Assembly (NCBI GenBank): GCA_000165425.1
Contig: CT867994.1
Coordinates: 186,001-250,000, forward strand
DNA from: Paramecium tetraurelia
Taxonomy: Eukaryota
DNA length: 64,000 bases
Direction: 5' to 3'
Shown here piece after piece: positions 39,780 through 54,493 of the stretch (position 1 is the first letter of the stretch; the number at the start of each line of letters is the position of its first letter). Both the position numbers and the translations under genes were made by a program. The notes below the pieces were generated by a model that was not told the DNA's origin, ran no database searches, and saw only the letters and a program-made list of their open reading frames with translations.

Positions 39780-41734
39780 TCATTATTGATACGGCTGAAC
39801 ATGTTTCTTGATGATTCCGAATGACTTGTATTATTTCTAAAATTATTGTTGAAGCTTCACACCTCAGAAGTACTTCTATTTTTAGAATTCCCTTGTGATA
39901 CCTCTGTTAATTAATTTGACTTCTTTAGAATTTCAGGTTGCTTTTTCTGATCACTAAGATTGTATTTGAAGAGTTTGCTTATAAACAGTAAGTTTGTTTA
40001 TTTAATTCTTTTTTATTCTAATTTTGGTTCCCTTTAATGTAATCAAATTATTATTTTAATTTTCTGTATGATATTATATTCAAGAAATTATTAGATACTT
40101 TCTATTGTTTTAAATTAAGATCCTTATATTTTTGTCCATTTATTTTACAAGATTAACCAACAAGTTAATAATCATTAATGGTATAGAATTAATTAAATCA
40201 TATTATTAAAACTTGTTTGTGTATTATTAATCAATCTAATCTTCAGTTTAGTTTATATTGAAAGGTGAAATAGAAGTTTTTATTCAAAATAATTATGAAG
40301 TTTTCTCCACACTTTCACTTCCTTGTTTGTTAAATCAATTTGCTTTCTCAGTTAAATCATCGAATCTTATCAATCATTTAAAACTCTGGGATAAGGTGTT
40401 AATGAATTTCTGGGTATGAAAATAATGTTTCAATTTATATCCAAATATAAAGTTCCCCTTTGTACTTGCATGAGCTGAAAGACCAACGGAGTATAAACTT
40501 ATCAGAATTATGTATTCTTGGCTGATATTATATAATTGCTTAAATATGAAAATTATGCTTTGTTATTTATTCAAATAAAACGGTTGAGAATTTGTCTAGA
40601 TAAATCGATAATTTGTATCTTTTGTAAAGTCAGTCAGAATTTTATTGGGTCAATGTCGAAGTCAAATTCATTTCTAGTTGTTTTCTCTTCTTTATCATTT
40701 GAAAATAGCAAGAATTTTTCTGTCATATATCCTGATAATTTTTCCGAATAAAGTTTGGAGGGATTAATATATAACTCTTTTACCTCAATTACACTATAGA
40801 CCTCCACTTCTAAAAAACAAGTTATTATTAGGATATAAAGTTGAATTTATTAAATTTATCTTTTTTCGCTATAATTATAAAATAAGAGGTCTTGGGATAC
40901 CCTTATAACATGGTATTTAATAATACGTTGTTAATTTCCTCCTTATTATATTATTGATGTTATGATTTTCTATTTATTGAGAATATTTACATAGTCCTCA
41001 ATATGAATTGCATTACATCTCATAAAAGGGGAATCTCAAAATGTTTTTTATTTTTACTTAATTTTGTATATTCCATATAAAGTATTGATTTTACTTAAAA
41101 CAAAATAATTTCTAATTGATTCCTCAATCATTGCATGTGGTTACAATCTACTTGAAATTAAAATCAAGTCTGATGAATTTTCGGAGAGTTCATTCTTGAC
41201 AGATTTCAAATTTTGAAAATTACATTACTGTTAACTTTGATATTACAAATACTAAGTATTACTCAGGATTGGTAATAATTGACATCATAATCCATTTATT
41301 ACTATATTAATAGAAATACAACCAAATGATCTAGAATTGAAAAAATTAAATTTTTTTGAACATCTAACTTTGGCTATCATAATCAATCAATTCACTATCT
41401 AATTCAGACTCATAAAAACTATAATTTTAATCATTTTTGAGGTTGCAAATACAATCAATAGACTTTTTATTCTAAGAGAAAAAAGATGAATTCTAAATTT
41501 AGAATCTTTTAATTTAATCAACTCTAAAATATAGTTTAATCAAAACTATATTTCATTAAAATTTTATGTAAGAGATGGATTCAAATTATTTGAATGCAGT
41601 TGTTGCTTTTATTCTTGTTAATAAAAATAAATACCTTATAAAAAAAATCCAATAACTTATAATTATTAATTTTATTAAATTTTATCAGCCCTTCTTATTT
41701 TGGATTTAGAATTATTTTGTTCAACTTTGCCCAT
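39780..41734 (-). CDS. Hypothetical Q/N/I-rich protein; 5' structure uncertain
   Basis: Coding-like minus frames ending KKHVQPYQQ-TGA at 39780; start and introns ambiguous. Confidence 0.45.
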
Positions 41735-41824
41735 TATTTTATTTGAATAATTTAAATAAATAAACATCTCCAACTCCTAGATGTAAAATTTATAATATCT
41801 AATCCTTAAATTATTTCAAAATTA

Positions 41825-42785
41825 ATGGATTCCAAAATAGGGAAGACGTTTAAATTAACAAAAAAATTAGGAAGTGGAGCCTTTGGAGAAATATTTCACG
41901 GGATAAATGTATGCAATTTAGAGTCTATATAAGCTTAAAAATAACATAGAAGTAGCTATTAAATTAGAGCCTATAAGTGCCAAGCATCCTCAATTATACT
42001 ATGAGGCAAAACTCTATTAACATCTTAGTTAGGACAATGCTTCTGTAGAAAAGGGGATTCCCCAAGTCTATTATTGTTCGACTGAGGGAGATTACAATAT
42101 AATGGTAATGGATTTATTGGGACCATCCCTTGAGGAGTTGCTCACACAATGTTAACGAAAGTTCTCATTGAAGACTGTGTTAATGCTGGTTGAATAGATG
42201 ATCACTAGAGTAGAATTCATTCACTCCAAGGATTTTCTGCATAGAGACATAAAACCAGATAATTTCTTAATGGGTTTGGGGAAAAGAGCATAGATACTGT
42301 TTATGATTGACTTTGGGTTGGCAAAGAGATTCATTACAAGAGATGGGTCTCATATTCCTTATAGGGAGAAGAAGAATTTGACAGGTACTGCTAGGTATGC
42401 ATCAATTAACACTCATCTCGGATTAGAACAGAGCAGAAGGGATGATTTGGAAAGTATTGGATATGTTTTAATATATTTTCTGAAAGGGACATTGCCTTGG
42501 CAAAATTTAAAAAATAACAACAAGAAGGACAAATATGAAAGAATCATGGAATCCAAAATAGCCACGAGCATTGAATCATTATGTTCAGGAACACCAATGG
42601 AATTCTAATAATATCTCAAATATTGTAGAAATTTATAATTTACAGAGAAACCAGATTATGATTTTTGTAGACAGCTCTTTCGAGATTTATTCTAAAAACA
42701 ACGATTTGTTATGGATTATCAATATGATTGGAGTTAGAAAAGAATAGAACAAATTAATTCATAACAATAGACAATCTAATAATGA
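41825..42785 (+). CDS. CK1: Casein kinase 1
   Basis: [57 protein letters not shown]. Confidence 0.97.
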
Positions 42786-42830
42786 CAATAGTGAGTATAT
42801 AATAATATTTATATTACAATTTGTAATTAA

Positions 42831-43577
42831 ATGGCAAGTTTAACTTAGATGACAGGGTTTTTTACGAAACAAAGAAAAAACAACAAGACCTTCAAAATAT
42901 CGTATTTCTTTGTTGACTCTTATGGCACAATGTATTACCTATCAAATCTAGCACAATTAAACTACTATATCAAAAATAGTAATAGCGAATTAGATGTATG
43001 AAATGAATTTACTTAGATAATCTCTAAATTAGAGAGTTCAAATGCCATATCCAAAATGTCTATATAAAATTGCAGAATCTCAGGAATTAAAACTTTGTAG
43101 GCTTATGACAATGTCCCATTTTATCATCGATAGCATTTTGAACTTCAAATTTCATAAAAAAATGTCATCAAAGTCCTTCAAGTCTATTCAACAATCGAGG
43201 ATGACATTGAAATATTATAGGAAGTGATCAAATAAGGATCCCAAAAACAGAGACCAATTTAATAAATGCAATAAAATTTAGAAATTGAGAAGAAAAATGC
43301 ATTTATTGAGGAAATTTTGCAGTTGCTCAAAAAGTATGAAGGAGAAGTCATCAATGTTAATGCAAATGAAATATAATAAGATAGTAAATTGTATTACACA
43401 GGTCAAATAGTAGATGGAAAGCCAGAAGGATAAGGAACATTATTTTATAATTTGGAAGGCATTCATTATAAGGGTAGCTTTAAAAATGGCAAGAAACATG
43501 GTGTAGGTTACATAGCGAACAGTAATTTAGACCAAATAGATTGCGAATTCGAAGATGATATTTTAACTGGTATTTGA
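42831..43577 (+). CDS. Protein with a PH-like N-terminus and MORN repeats
   Basis: YTGQIVDGKPEGQG and YKGSFKNGKKHGVG; N-terminal GFFTKQ...YFFV...MYY pattern. Confidence 0.75.
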
Positions 43578-43607
43578 TAGTTATTATTTTTTCAAATATA
43601 ATTTAAA

Positions 43608-45137
43608 TCAATTTGTAGTCTCATCTTATTAAGTTTGGTTCTGCGACATCATGACAAGATTTGCCATTCCAGCATTCATTAGATTAATAGATAATTTAGC
43701 CTTTTCTTTTCTCACTAATTTTAATGATTAGTTTAATCTTTCAATTTCCTCCTCTTTATTGATTAAATCAGACTTCAAATTCTCATTTTCTCTATCCCTT
43801 TATCTCAAAGCTTCTTATAGATCTTAAAGAGAAACTTAGCTTCCTTATGTTTGTGCTAATTGTTATGACATCATCTGATTTTTTATTTTCAAGGTTTCAA
43901 TTTGGTTCTCTTTTTCTGTAATTGTCACACATTTGCTATCCAATTCCAAAACTAATTGTTTGTATTCAAATGTTTCTTTGACATTATACTAAAGAAGAAT
44001 AACAATATATTATACTTTTAACTACTATTATTAAGGAAGTTGATTTTATTTGTGTCTCTCTGATTGTTCAACCACTGTCAATTTGTTCTATGTTTCTTTG
44101 AGTGTTTTCTATTATAATAAGTCATTTTAAAGCAACTGTGTTATTTTTAATTCAAGTTCTTAGATAGTTTATTTATATTTAGTAATTTAAGTGAAATAAG
44201 CATTAATTTCCTTTTCCTTTTATTCTAAAATAGTATTAACTTATTATGATAGTTCATTATTTTTTTCTTAGGTTTTCTAATTAATAGATAGAATTTCATT
44301 CATTTTTTCTATCAACTGATTTAGTTCTCCCTTTTTTTACTCTAATTGATACTCCAACACTTATACTGCTTATTAAGTACTTGGATCAACTGGGAGTTAT
44401 TTTGACTTAAGCTGAGTCACTTCATCATTTAACTATAAGTTTTATTCCAAAAATAATTTATTTTATTCCACTAGGTTATTATTCTCATATGAAAGCTCTT
44501 AAGCCTTATTCTCCAAAAGATTGACTTAAGTGTTGTATTATTAAACTAAGAGTTCTTATTCTTTCATCAATACTTCTATCATGGTTTCATAATTCTTTTT
44601 TGGAGGGAGTGTTTTAATTAGTTATTAGCTTTGAGCAACACTCTTGCTACAAACTTTAAAAGGTTCTACGCAACTAGAACAAGCAACTTGCTATAACTGT
44701 TAAGATTTGGCAGGATTGTTTTAATTAAGAACAACAACACTCTATAATGTGGAAGGTATAGGGGAGACATGACTTGTAATAGGGCTATCATAGGATTTGA
44801 TTTCTATTAGTGAATCTAATTTAGCCATTAAACTTGTGGCATCTCTAATTCAGTATTTTATTGATAGCTTACTTTGTGCATGGATAGGATTCCTCCTGAT
44901 TCTGCTTAAAAATTGGAGTCTCTCTTGTTGACATTACGCGGTTCACTTACTTAAGAGGTATTAATGGGATGTTTTATTAAACTGATTTCTAGACTAGTTG
45001 AGTTGGATGCTGTTGAATGAGCACTTTAGGTTCTATTAGGTATTTTACACTTTCTTACGTTAGATGTATTAAGGAGATTATTTAGAATTTAAGGTAGAGG
45101 TAGATTTAAGACTTTTAGCTATCCGTTGATTTTCCAT
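43608..45137 (-). CDS. Coiled-coil protein
   Basis: S/P/T-rich N-terminus then E/Q/K/L heptads; short introns. Confidence 0.75.
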
Positions 45138-45344
45138 TATATAATTAATATTAATGACTGACTGTTAGTAAACTTAACTCATTTAAATTATTATCTTTAC
45201 CTAATATTAAGAATTATAATTGCAAAACATAAATGTCTTGGTCCTATTCTAAAATATTATAAAATAAGATTTACTGTTACTTTCTTATCAGAAAGTATAT
45301 CGAAGAAATTATTGTAATAGGAAATAAGAATTAATAATAAATTA

Positions 45345-46088
45345 ATGAAATAAGAAATAAATTAAAGGCCTCCACCTCCTAAATTCAATTGGAACATATA
45401 TGATCATTCATCATCAGATGATACAAAAACTCAAATATCCTTATAAAAATCAGATAAAAGAAGATTAAAATAAGTGAATCTATTAGTTGATGAAATGTTG
45501 GCTAAATTAAGCAATAATAATATATTAAATGGAATTAATATTGAGAACATAAGACATTAATGCATAGATTTATTGGATAACTCGGTAATTGAAAAAGTTA
45601 AATCAAAAAAATATCAATCAATAGCTTGTGCATTGATTATCTAATCCTTTAGACTTCTATTAATTCCTTTAAGAATAAAAGAAATAACTTAAGTATTGGA
45701 TTGTGACGAAAAATAAGTTCGCAAAATATTGATCTAACTCAATCAAATTAAACCATTCGATCAGGATGCCTTTACCTTACAATACATGACCAGAATTTGT
45801 GTTGCCATAGGATTTAATCAGAAATTTTAAACACTCTGTAGATTCTTCTATTCATACTTAAAGAATCAAAATTTAGTGTAAGGAGAACACGAACACGTCA
45901 TCGCTTCCGCTTTAGTTAAGTCAACTGGAGATTTTGTATTTCGTGATAAGGGTGGCATAAATTTAAATATAATTTCTGTCAATGCTGGATGTTGTGAAAT
46001 TTCTCTCAAAAATTTTCTGTAAAAGCTTCAGCCTCATACTCAAGTAATGAATGAATAAGCCTACGAGTTCTACAAAAAAACTATGTGA
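45345..46088 (+). CDS. TFIIB-like protein with the cyclin-repeat core only
   Basis: SIACALIIQSFRLLLIPLRIKEI, YMTRIC, LVQGEHEHVIASA, ISVNAGCCEISLK align by eye with both TFIIB repeats; 247 aa, intronless. Confidence 0.8.
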
Positions 46089-46347
46089 ATATTTGAAATT
46101 TTTCTATTTTCTAATTAAATATACAGAACTAATCACATAATTAAGTTTGAAACAGAACTTTTAATTAATTGACCGAAATGACATTATATATAATGGAGTA
46201 ATCCAATTAAACAATAATTCTATAAAATTCTAATTAAAATTAATATGTACTAATAATAATTTAAATGTATTTTATAATCCATATAAAATTTTTATATAAA
46301 TCGTATTTTAAGGAAAATTTGAGAAATACAAATATTGATAAAAAGAA

Positions 46348-47712
46348 TCATTTTTTAGTAAATTTAAGTTTTACAATTTATGATCCAACTTAAGGTTAGT
46401 TTAATTAGGAAATGTGTTTAAATTTCTTTGTTTCTAATTATTTAATTAAGGGTTCTATGGTTCTGTCCTCTCCGGTCTATTCGATTTAATAGACCGAGAT
46501 CTCATCATCCGCATCTTCTTCCTTAATGGATTCTGAACTCCTTTTTTGATGTTACATTTTTTTGAATTTGTTAGTTTAACTTTGGAATTGTGTCAATTGA
46601 CTTTTTTCTTGCATATTCATATGAAGCAAGGGATATGAGAGTTCCTTTTCAGTGTAGCCATTGGCTAATATGATTTTTCTAAAAAGCTGTTTAAATTTCT
46701 CGTAATCTTATGGATAATCGTTCGCATTACTGGTCCTCACAAGATGCAAGAAGTGAATGAATTCAAGGGGCACTTATTTAAAAGCAATTTCAGGAATAAT
46801 TGACAATTTGAGGTTCTCCAATTTTTTAAGTTTAAGTGTTCTATTTTCTGCCTTAATTTTGAATATATCGGAATTGGAAGCATAGATAAGTAATATGTAG
46901 GCTAAGGATTCAAGATCATCTTTTGGAGTTGGAACTATTTTATTAAAATGAATTAATTAATTACTTTAATTGAGATGTTGGTTTACACTTGAATATTTGT
47001 TTAGAAATAATTTGTTTGAATTTAATTTGTAACCTTCGTTTACCATAAATGCTCCATGTAATTTTTTAAATTTGCAAGCATATTTGAAATCACCTAATAA
47101 AATTTAATTTCCATTTGTTGAAAGCAGCAATTTCTTGGGCCTTAGATTTCTATGAACAATCTGATGTTTATGGACAATCTCCAGACAAGTAAGCTAAGAA
47201 TATACATGGGTAGGTACTGTTTAAATGGCAATCAAACATATAATGGGCAATGGTATATTTCTAGATAAATAATTGTATATAAGTTTAATGGAAGGACCGT
47301 GTCGTTCCATGATTTAGTAATGGTAATTGAACCCCTTGATCACTTACTCCCCATGAGTCATGAGAATGGGAACACAATTAACTAAATTACTACGATTTGG
47401 TTACATTCTTTCAATCTGATGAGAAATTGAAGTTCTGGTATTGCCTCATTCTGCTAGGTTTATCTAGAATATTGGAGTGAAATTTACCTCTTCATTTTAA
47501 TCAGATAATATTTCTCCTAGTGGTCGTATGTATCGATATCATCTGACTCTTCTTGTTTAATAGCTAACTAACTTTTAACATCACCATTTATTACCTAAGT
47601 AGAGATTATTCTATTTTCCTTTGTAAATATTCTTCAATATCACGTATTTCTAGTCAACAACCACGCGACTAATTGTTTCAGTGGTACTTCTAGTCTATGA
47701 TGTACTCAACAT
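46348..47712 (-). CDS. CK1-family pseudokinase
   Basis: MERHGPSI, HRNLRPKK, GDFKYA, YSSVNQH, PKDDLESLAY. Confidence 0.85.
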
Positions 47713-48029
47713 TTTTTAATAATTAATTATTCAAAAGAATGTTTATTTAGATTTAATAAATATAAACTAAGAAATGTAAATTCTTTATGTATTCTTTCCA
47801 CTTTTATTAGTATTATTAATTAAATTTGATATTTTCAAGAATTAGGCTATAAATAGAAATGAATATTTAATTGCAAACAAAATAGTAAATTCTATAAATA
47901 AATCATCTCTGTTTATTGAACTTCTATTAATCATATTATGGTTATTATAAAATTGCTTAATATAAGTATCCCAATTTTATTAGTTTTCAAATTTTATAAG
48001 TTTGTATATTCAAATTAAATATTTTAAAT

Positions 48030-48870
<841 letters not shown>

Positions 48871-49012
48871 GTATTTTGAGGATAATAATATATTAAGATA
48901 TATCCAAAATATTCATTAATTAAGAGACTCATTATGCATATATATATATAATTATTTGAAATTGAGCAGATTTTTATTTTATGTTGAAGTTTGAGCGAAA
49001 TAAAACAATAAA

Positions 49013-49606
49013 TCAACAACATAGAGATTTTTTTTATTTTTCTTCTGGTCCTTATACTTGGAGAGTTATGATTGTCTTCTAATCAAGACTTTCCATCTTT
49101 TTTATTTTAGTCTTTGCCAAAGTTCTAGCAACTCTTCGAAATAATTTATCTACATTATGTCCTGTCTTAGCTGAAGTTTGAATATATTTCATATGATTAT
49201 TTTCTAGAAATGTCTAATCAACCTCGAAATCACCCTTATCTTATTTATTTCCAACCAAAAATTTAACACAGTCCGAACTCAGATATTTATCAATTTCTTC
49301 CAACCATCTTTTCGCTCCTTCCAAAGTTTCGCTTTTTGACACATCAAAACAAATTAAGACTGCTTAAGCATTTCGATAGTAAATAGGGGCAATCTTTTTG
49401 AATTTCTCTTACCCAGCTGTATCCCAAATCTCAAGCGTTATTTTAATATTTTTTCTCTCCACTACCTTTTTATAAAAGGCCAGTCCAATGGTGGGAGCCT
49501 ATTGTTCTGAAAACGTGTCTTCTGAGTATCTTTTGAGTATGCTAGTTTTTCCAACATTAGAATCCCCCAGAAGGATTATCTTGAAAGTAAGAGACATTTC
49601 TTTCAT
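49013..49606 (-). CDS. Rab GTPase (Rab5/21/22-like)
   Basis: [32 protein letters not shown]-terminal CC; intronless. Confidence 0.93.
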
Positions 49607-49616
49607 TAATTAAAAT

Positions 49617-50678
49617 ATGCAATAAGAGGAAAAAGAAACTAAAAAAAAAGCAACTTAAAAAATTGAGTATCTATTTGTACTATTCATATCATTAATAAGC
49701 CTGGTATGTATAATGATGAATATTTGGGAATTTATTAAGCTAAAAAGAATAAGTATAAGAAGATATAATATAAAATTCCATCAACAGTGATAGATGATTA
49801 TGATAGGAAAATCTGTAGGTTCGAAGATAAGTTAACTAAGGTAGCTATGGAGAGACAAAGTTTGATAAGGTATTATTGTTACTACTTCGAGAGAATAGTC
49901 CAGGACCCCAAACAAGAAGGAGATTTTGAATAAAATAATCAACCAAATCTAGACGCATTTGTTGTAGAAGGAAAGAGAACTTTTTGAAAAATCACATTGT
50001 GATACTCCTGTGGCTTAGCTTGAAAAGAAAAAGTCATAATTTTTTTAGGCAAAATAACATTTATAATTATTGGAAACTATGGGATTTAAACTTGTGGAAT
50101 AGGGAACCAATAGGATGAATACAATTAATCCCAAGCAAGTACATTCTTAACCTTGCACTCCCAAAAAATCACAACCAAGATCTTAATCCATTCAAAATGT
50201 TGAATCTCAATTAAAGGAAGATAACAAAAATCAATCAAGTGAAAGAATCGAAAGAATTTAAAGCAAGGTAAACTAGCAAATGGCACGTTTAGGATTAAAA
50301 AGTCTAAACATATCTCCTGACTCAATTCCAACTCAAAGGAAACCACAAAAGCAAATAAAAAGAACAAAAAGTCAATCTCCCATTAAATCAGAAATAAGTT
50401 AACCTATACATTAGAACTTCGATTCAATTGCTAAAAAACCTTAAGTTTCTCTATTTAAGAAATTTCAATTGAAATTGGATCAAGAATTATAAAAGCCCTA
50501 GGATATTAAAGGAGTGATTAATTACTGTAACACTGAAAGATTGGATCTAAAGAATTTGACAAAGGACATTTAAAAAAAGAAAAGAGTTTAATTTAGAAAA
50601 TTTAGAATTATTCAAAAAGAATTGTCCACAGTGGGAGAACTAGGATTTGAAGGACTCAAAAATAAATATTTTTAATGA
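49617..50678 (+). CDS. Hypothetical K/Q-rich protein
   Basis: ATG at 49617, short introns, ends GFEGLKNKYFQ-TGA. Confidence 0.6.
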
Positions 50679-50763
50679 TGAATAAAGCAATATAAGTATA
50701 TAAATTATCCTAATCCAGTTTAGTTTAGACTTATGTTTTTATTACTTTTTAATAAGTATAAAA

Positions 50764-51225
50764 TCAATAGAAAAATGATTAGTTAAATTCTTTTTATTTT
50801 TAACTTAAACTACGCAAACCTCCTAGATTAATAAAGTATTGTTTCGTTTTATTCCATTCTTTATCAAAATGGTTTTTAGAATAATAGGATTTTTTATTAC
50901 TTATTTTTGACAAAAGTATTTGGTTTTCTCTTCTGATTTGTTATTATTCACTTTTCTTTCTACATTCAAAACTGGAAACACGCTTTGGTCTCCTCACTCT
51001 ACTGGTTTCACTCTTCATAATGTTAGTAATTTTCTCCAACAACAATCTATTATCTTTCTCAATTTATGTATATCTGTCTTCTAAAAGACGAATTTTTTTC
51101 ATATTGGGAACTTTATCCACTGTAGGATTTATCTGTATCAAAGGCTAGACCTATTACAATCTGCTGAATCCATCCAAAATGTCCTTTTCCTACTGAACTC
51201 GAATATGGGGTTTAGGTCGATGCAT
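50764..51225 (-). CDS. CFAP97/Hemingway (KIAA1430)-family protein
   Basis: EDRYTQIEKDNRLLLEKITNI...IRRENQILLSKI..KKSYY; 153 aa. Confidence 0.8.
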
Positions 51226-51453
51226 TTATAATACACAGTGATTTAATTAAATTAATCAGTTAATTATTATGCGATTATTGCATCTCAAATGTATGAATAG
51301 TCATGTTTCTCTTATCTAGAATAAAGAATTGCATCTAGATTTTGTAATTTATATATTTTAAATACCATCCACATATCAAAAAGACAAAATAATTATTATT
51401 ATACTTTTGGTATTTTATAATATCACAATGTTTAAGAATTCATAAGGGACGTC

Positions 51454-51696
51454 TCATTGCATTATGCTGACTGGAATTTCCTCCTATCTTATATAAAATG
51501 AATTCATTTACAACAACTCTAATTCATCATTACTCTCTTCCATATGATAAAACTAACTTTGCAAATAGGACAGATTTTGAATCAATAGATTGTGATTTGT
51601 TAGCACTCCCAATACTGGAGCCGCAATAAAGAATTTCTGTAATTATTTCTAAAAGATTGGCTGTCTAAACAAATTTGTTGCAATTCTTTAAAACAT
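51454..51696 (-). CDS. Small (80 aa) protein with a mitochondrial presequence-like N-terminus
   Basis: MFQRIATNLFRQPIFQKQLQKFF..., acidic C-terminus, TGA at 51454. Confidence 0.5.
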
Positions 51697-53062
51697 AAAT
51701 ATTAATAATGGTTTAATTTTTGTTAACGAATTTGTAACATTCTGCAGAACTATAGGAATCTTAGATAAATAATATGTATTGAAATTACCTTGGATGATTT
51801 TTGCTAATGTTCCTCTATACCTAGTAACCTTATTTCAGTAATCATTCATTCTAATTATCAAAAAAAGTCTTTATGGTTTGCAATCAAATAATCAAATAAC
51901 TTTTTTCCAAAGAGTGTCAAGTAGTTCATTGTAAGGAGTAAGAATGGTCAATTCATCCTTAGCAGTCTAAATAGGAGCATATGTCGATATAAATCCAAAA
52001 TAAAATATAACAATTCATACCTATGGATAATCATTAACCTTAAGGAGAATTCACAATCGAATGAAAATATATTAAATACCAAATGAATCAATTCCTAGAT
52101 AGAACTGCTCCTGTTTATAATAAATTTAGATTAATTCAAAAATGAAGCATAAATTAGTATGGAAATCAAACCAAAAAGCGAATTTAAATTATTCACTTTC
52201 TAAAATATATTGTTTGTTAAATTTGGAAGGGATTTTTGGAATGAGTCTTTATAAAGATTATTGAATTAGCAAGCGGAAGAAGATTTAAACTTTCAAATTG
52301 AAAATAAAATAATTTACAAATTAAATGACTGCAGTGCTTATCAATTTCTAATTAAGAAATATTTGATATTCACTTTTTACTAAAAATCAATTCTTGATAT
52401 GGTTATGGATAGGCTTAACTTGATAAAGATTAGCTCCATAAACTACTATATCTCTAATTTAAAAGGCTCTGAGTATATCATGAAAGTATTTTATAGACAG
52501 TATTATAAATTATCAACCCTTAAACACTCTTCAAAAGTTAAGCTTAAAATCCTAATTTATTTTTCATTTCAAAACAATCTATTAATATTCTAGAACTATC
52601 AATAATTGAATAACCGACATAATAGAATTGAGGAGATAAAAAATTTTAAAGAAAAATTTTCATTTTAAGCATTCATTCAAACCTGCTTTCTTTATTGCTA
52701 ATTTTCCAATATATCGGTGATTACAATAGATTTATTGTTATTATACTCAATGCTATATAATGCAATTGAAATAAAACGAATTATTTTATACCGTTTTGGC
52801 TACTTAAAATTATTATTCTACATACATAACATTGAATTAATTATTCACATAAATTTAAATACTTATCAATAATAATAGAATATGATTGATAGGATAAGTT
52901 TGAATATACTAAAGAGTAGATATATGATTAATGAAAAATAGATCCTAGGAGCCGTTCAAAGAAGACTCAAGTTTTTAATGGCGGAAGAATGATCATTACT
53001 GAAATTAATTTTAATAATTGCTATATAAAAAATATTCTTATATTGAACTCTAATTAGCCAAT

Positions 53063-53479
53063 ATGATTTCATCGATGCCAATAACACTTGATCAAATTTA
53101 TGGAGTGAATTTTAAGAGGGTGCCCATATTATATGGTGAAATGGAAGGAACTAATCCAATGCCAATCAACGAAACAGATGAAGACTAATATTCAGAAAAG
53201 AATTCTAGACAGTAACAAAAGCGGTCGTTACCTCCGCTATAGAAAGTAGATATCAGAGTTGTAGGAGAGAAACAGAAGAAAAAATAGAATATTCATCGCT
53301 CACCAGTTATATCTTCCCAATTTGAATAACATATTGGGTTTAGGAATACTTTTTATAGATATAATAAAGTCAATTTGGAATCCAGATGGAGAGTCGAAGA
53401 GATTAAAAATAAAGAGTAGGGGTTGTTCACAAAATATGCCTAACGATTCAATGTTCCTAAATCATAAATTTGGAATTGA
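53063..53479 (+). CDS. Hypothetical protein (138 aa)
   Basis: Intronless code-6 ORF MISSMPITLDQIYG...SQIWN-TGA. Confidence 0.6.
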
Positions 53480-53659
53480 ATTTTATTTTGAATATGTCTC
53501 CTTTTGATTATTTATCATTCAATTTTATTGTTGGTTTTCAATTGGTCGTACAATCCATTTGAGTTGTATACAATCTCAACAACTCAGGAGTGCTTCAATT
53601 AATTAGATGCAATTAAACTAGCAAATTTTAAATTACAAATCTTATATATAAATTATAAA

Positions 53660-54094
53660 ATGGATGAAGCTATCTATATCAAATAGTTTATTCTAAATGA
53701 GGAATTAGATGAGTATAATTAAGAATATCATTTTAGATTGCCATCACACCATGATGAAGAGGAATCTTTAGAGCATTTATACTATTCCATGATGTAATGG
53801 CAATCAACTTATGATTAGAATGATTCCAATAAAAATCTAGCTTAGAAAAGGAGGATCAATGATATGAGGTATTAACAACTATATGTTTGTATCTTCTCTA
53901 GATTCTCAGATCTGGAAGATTAGAGAATTTTAGAATTGGTTATTTAACTAGGTCCCAACTTCAATAAAATAGTAAAGTATTTCCCAGGGAAAACGATGAA
54001 TATGATCAAGAATAGATATTATAAGAAGTTAAGATTCAACAAGGAATACTATTTGGGTGATAAATAGAAGAGTAAAACAAAAAAGAACAAATGA
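53660..54094 (+). CDS. Single-repeat Myb/SANT protein
   Basis: RFSDLEDQRILELVIQLGPNFNKIVKYFPGKTMNMIKNRYYKKL after one intron. Confidence 0.85.
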
Positions 54095-54493
54095 AAGAGT
54101 CTCCATACCTACTAATATAAACAAATACTTTATTAATTTATATTTATTTAAAATTATAAATTTTAATACATAATCACTAAGGTGGAATTAAATTATTAGA
54201 ACGAATGGAATCTTTAAAACATATTAATGTAATAAACCAAATAAAATTGTTAAAAAGATAAGTAATTTTAATTATCAATTTAATAAATTAACTTAAGTTG
54301 GGTTACATTCTCTTGAAGATTCATGAAATCCATTGATTACTCATCTTTTTGGAATAACGAATTATATTTATTATTATGTAATTTAAATTGCCAATACAAT
54401 TAAGGGTGTGAATATATCTCTTTATTCCATAAATATGTTCTAAATTGTCAAATATTTATTGAACAATTATTTTAGAATATTTAATTATAAATT

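Noticed and set aside
51700..53050. Intron-like GT..AG segments and short coding-like patches
   Set aside because: I could not assemble a consistent ORF or identify a family
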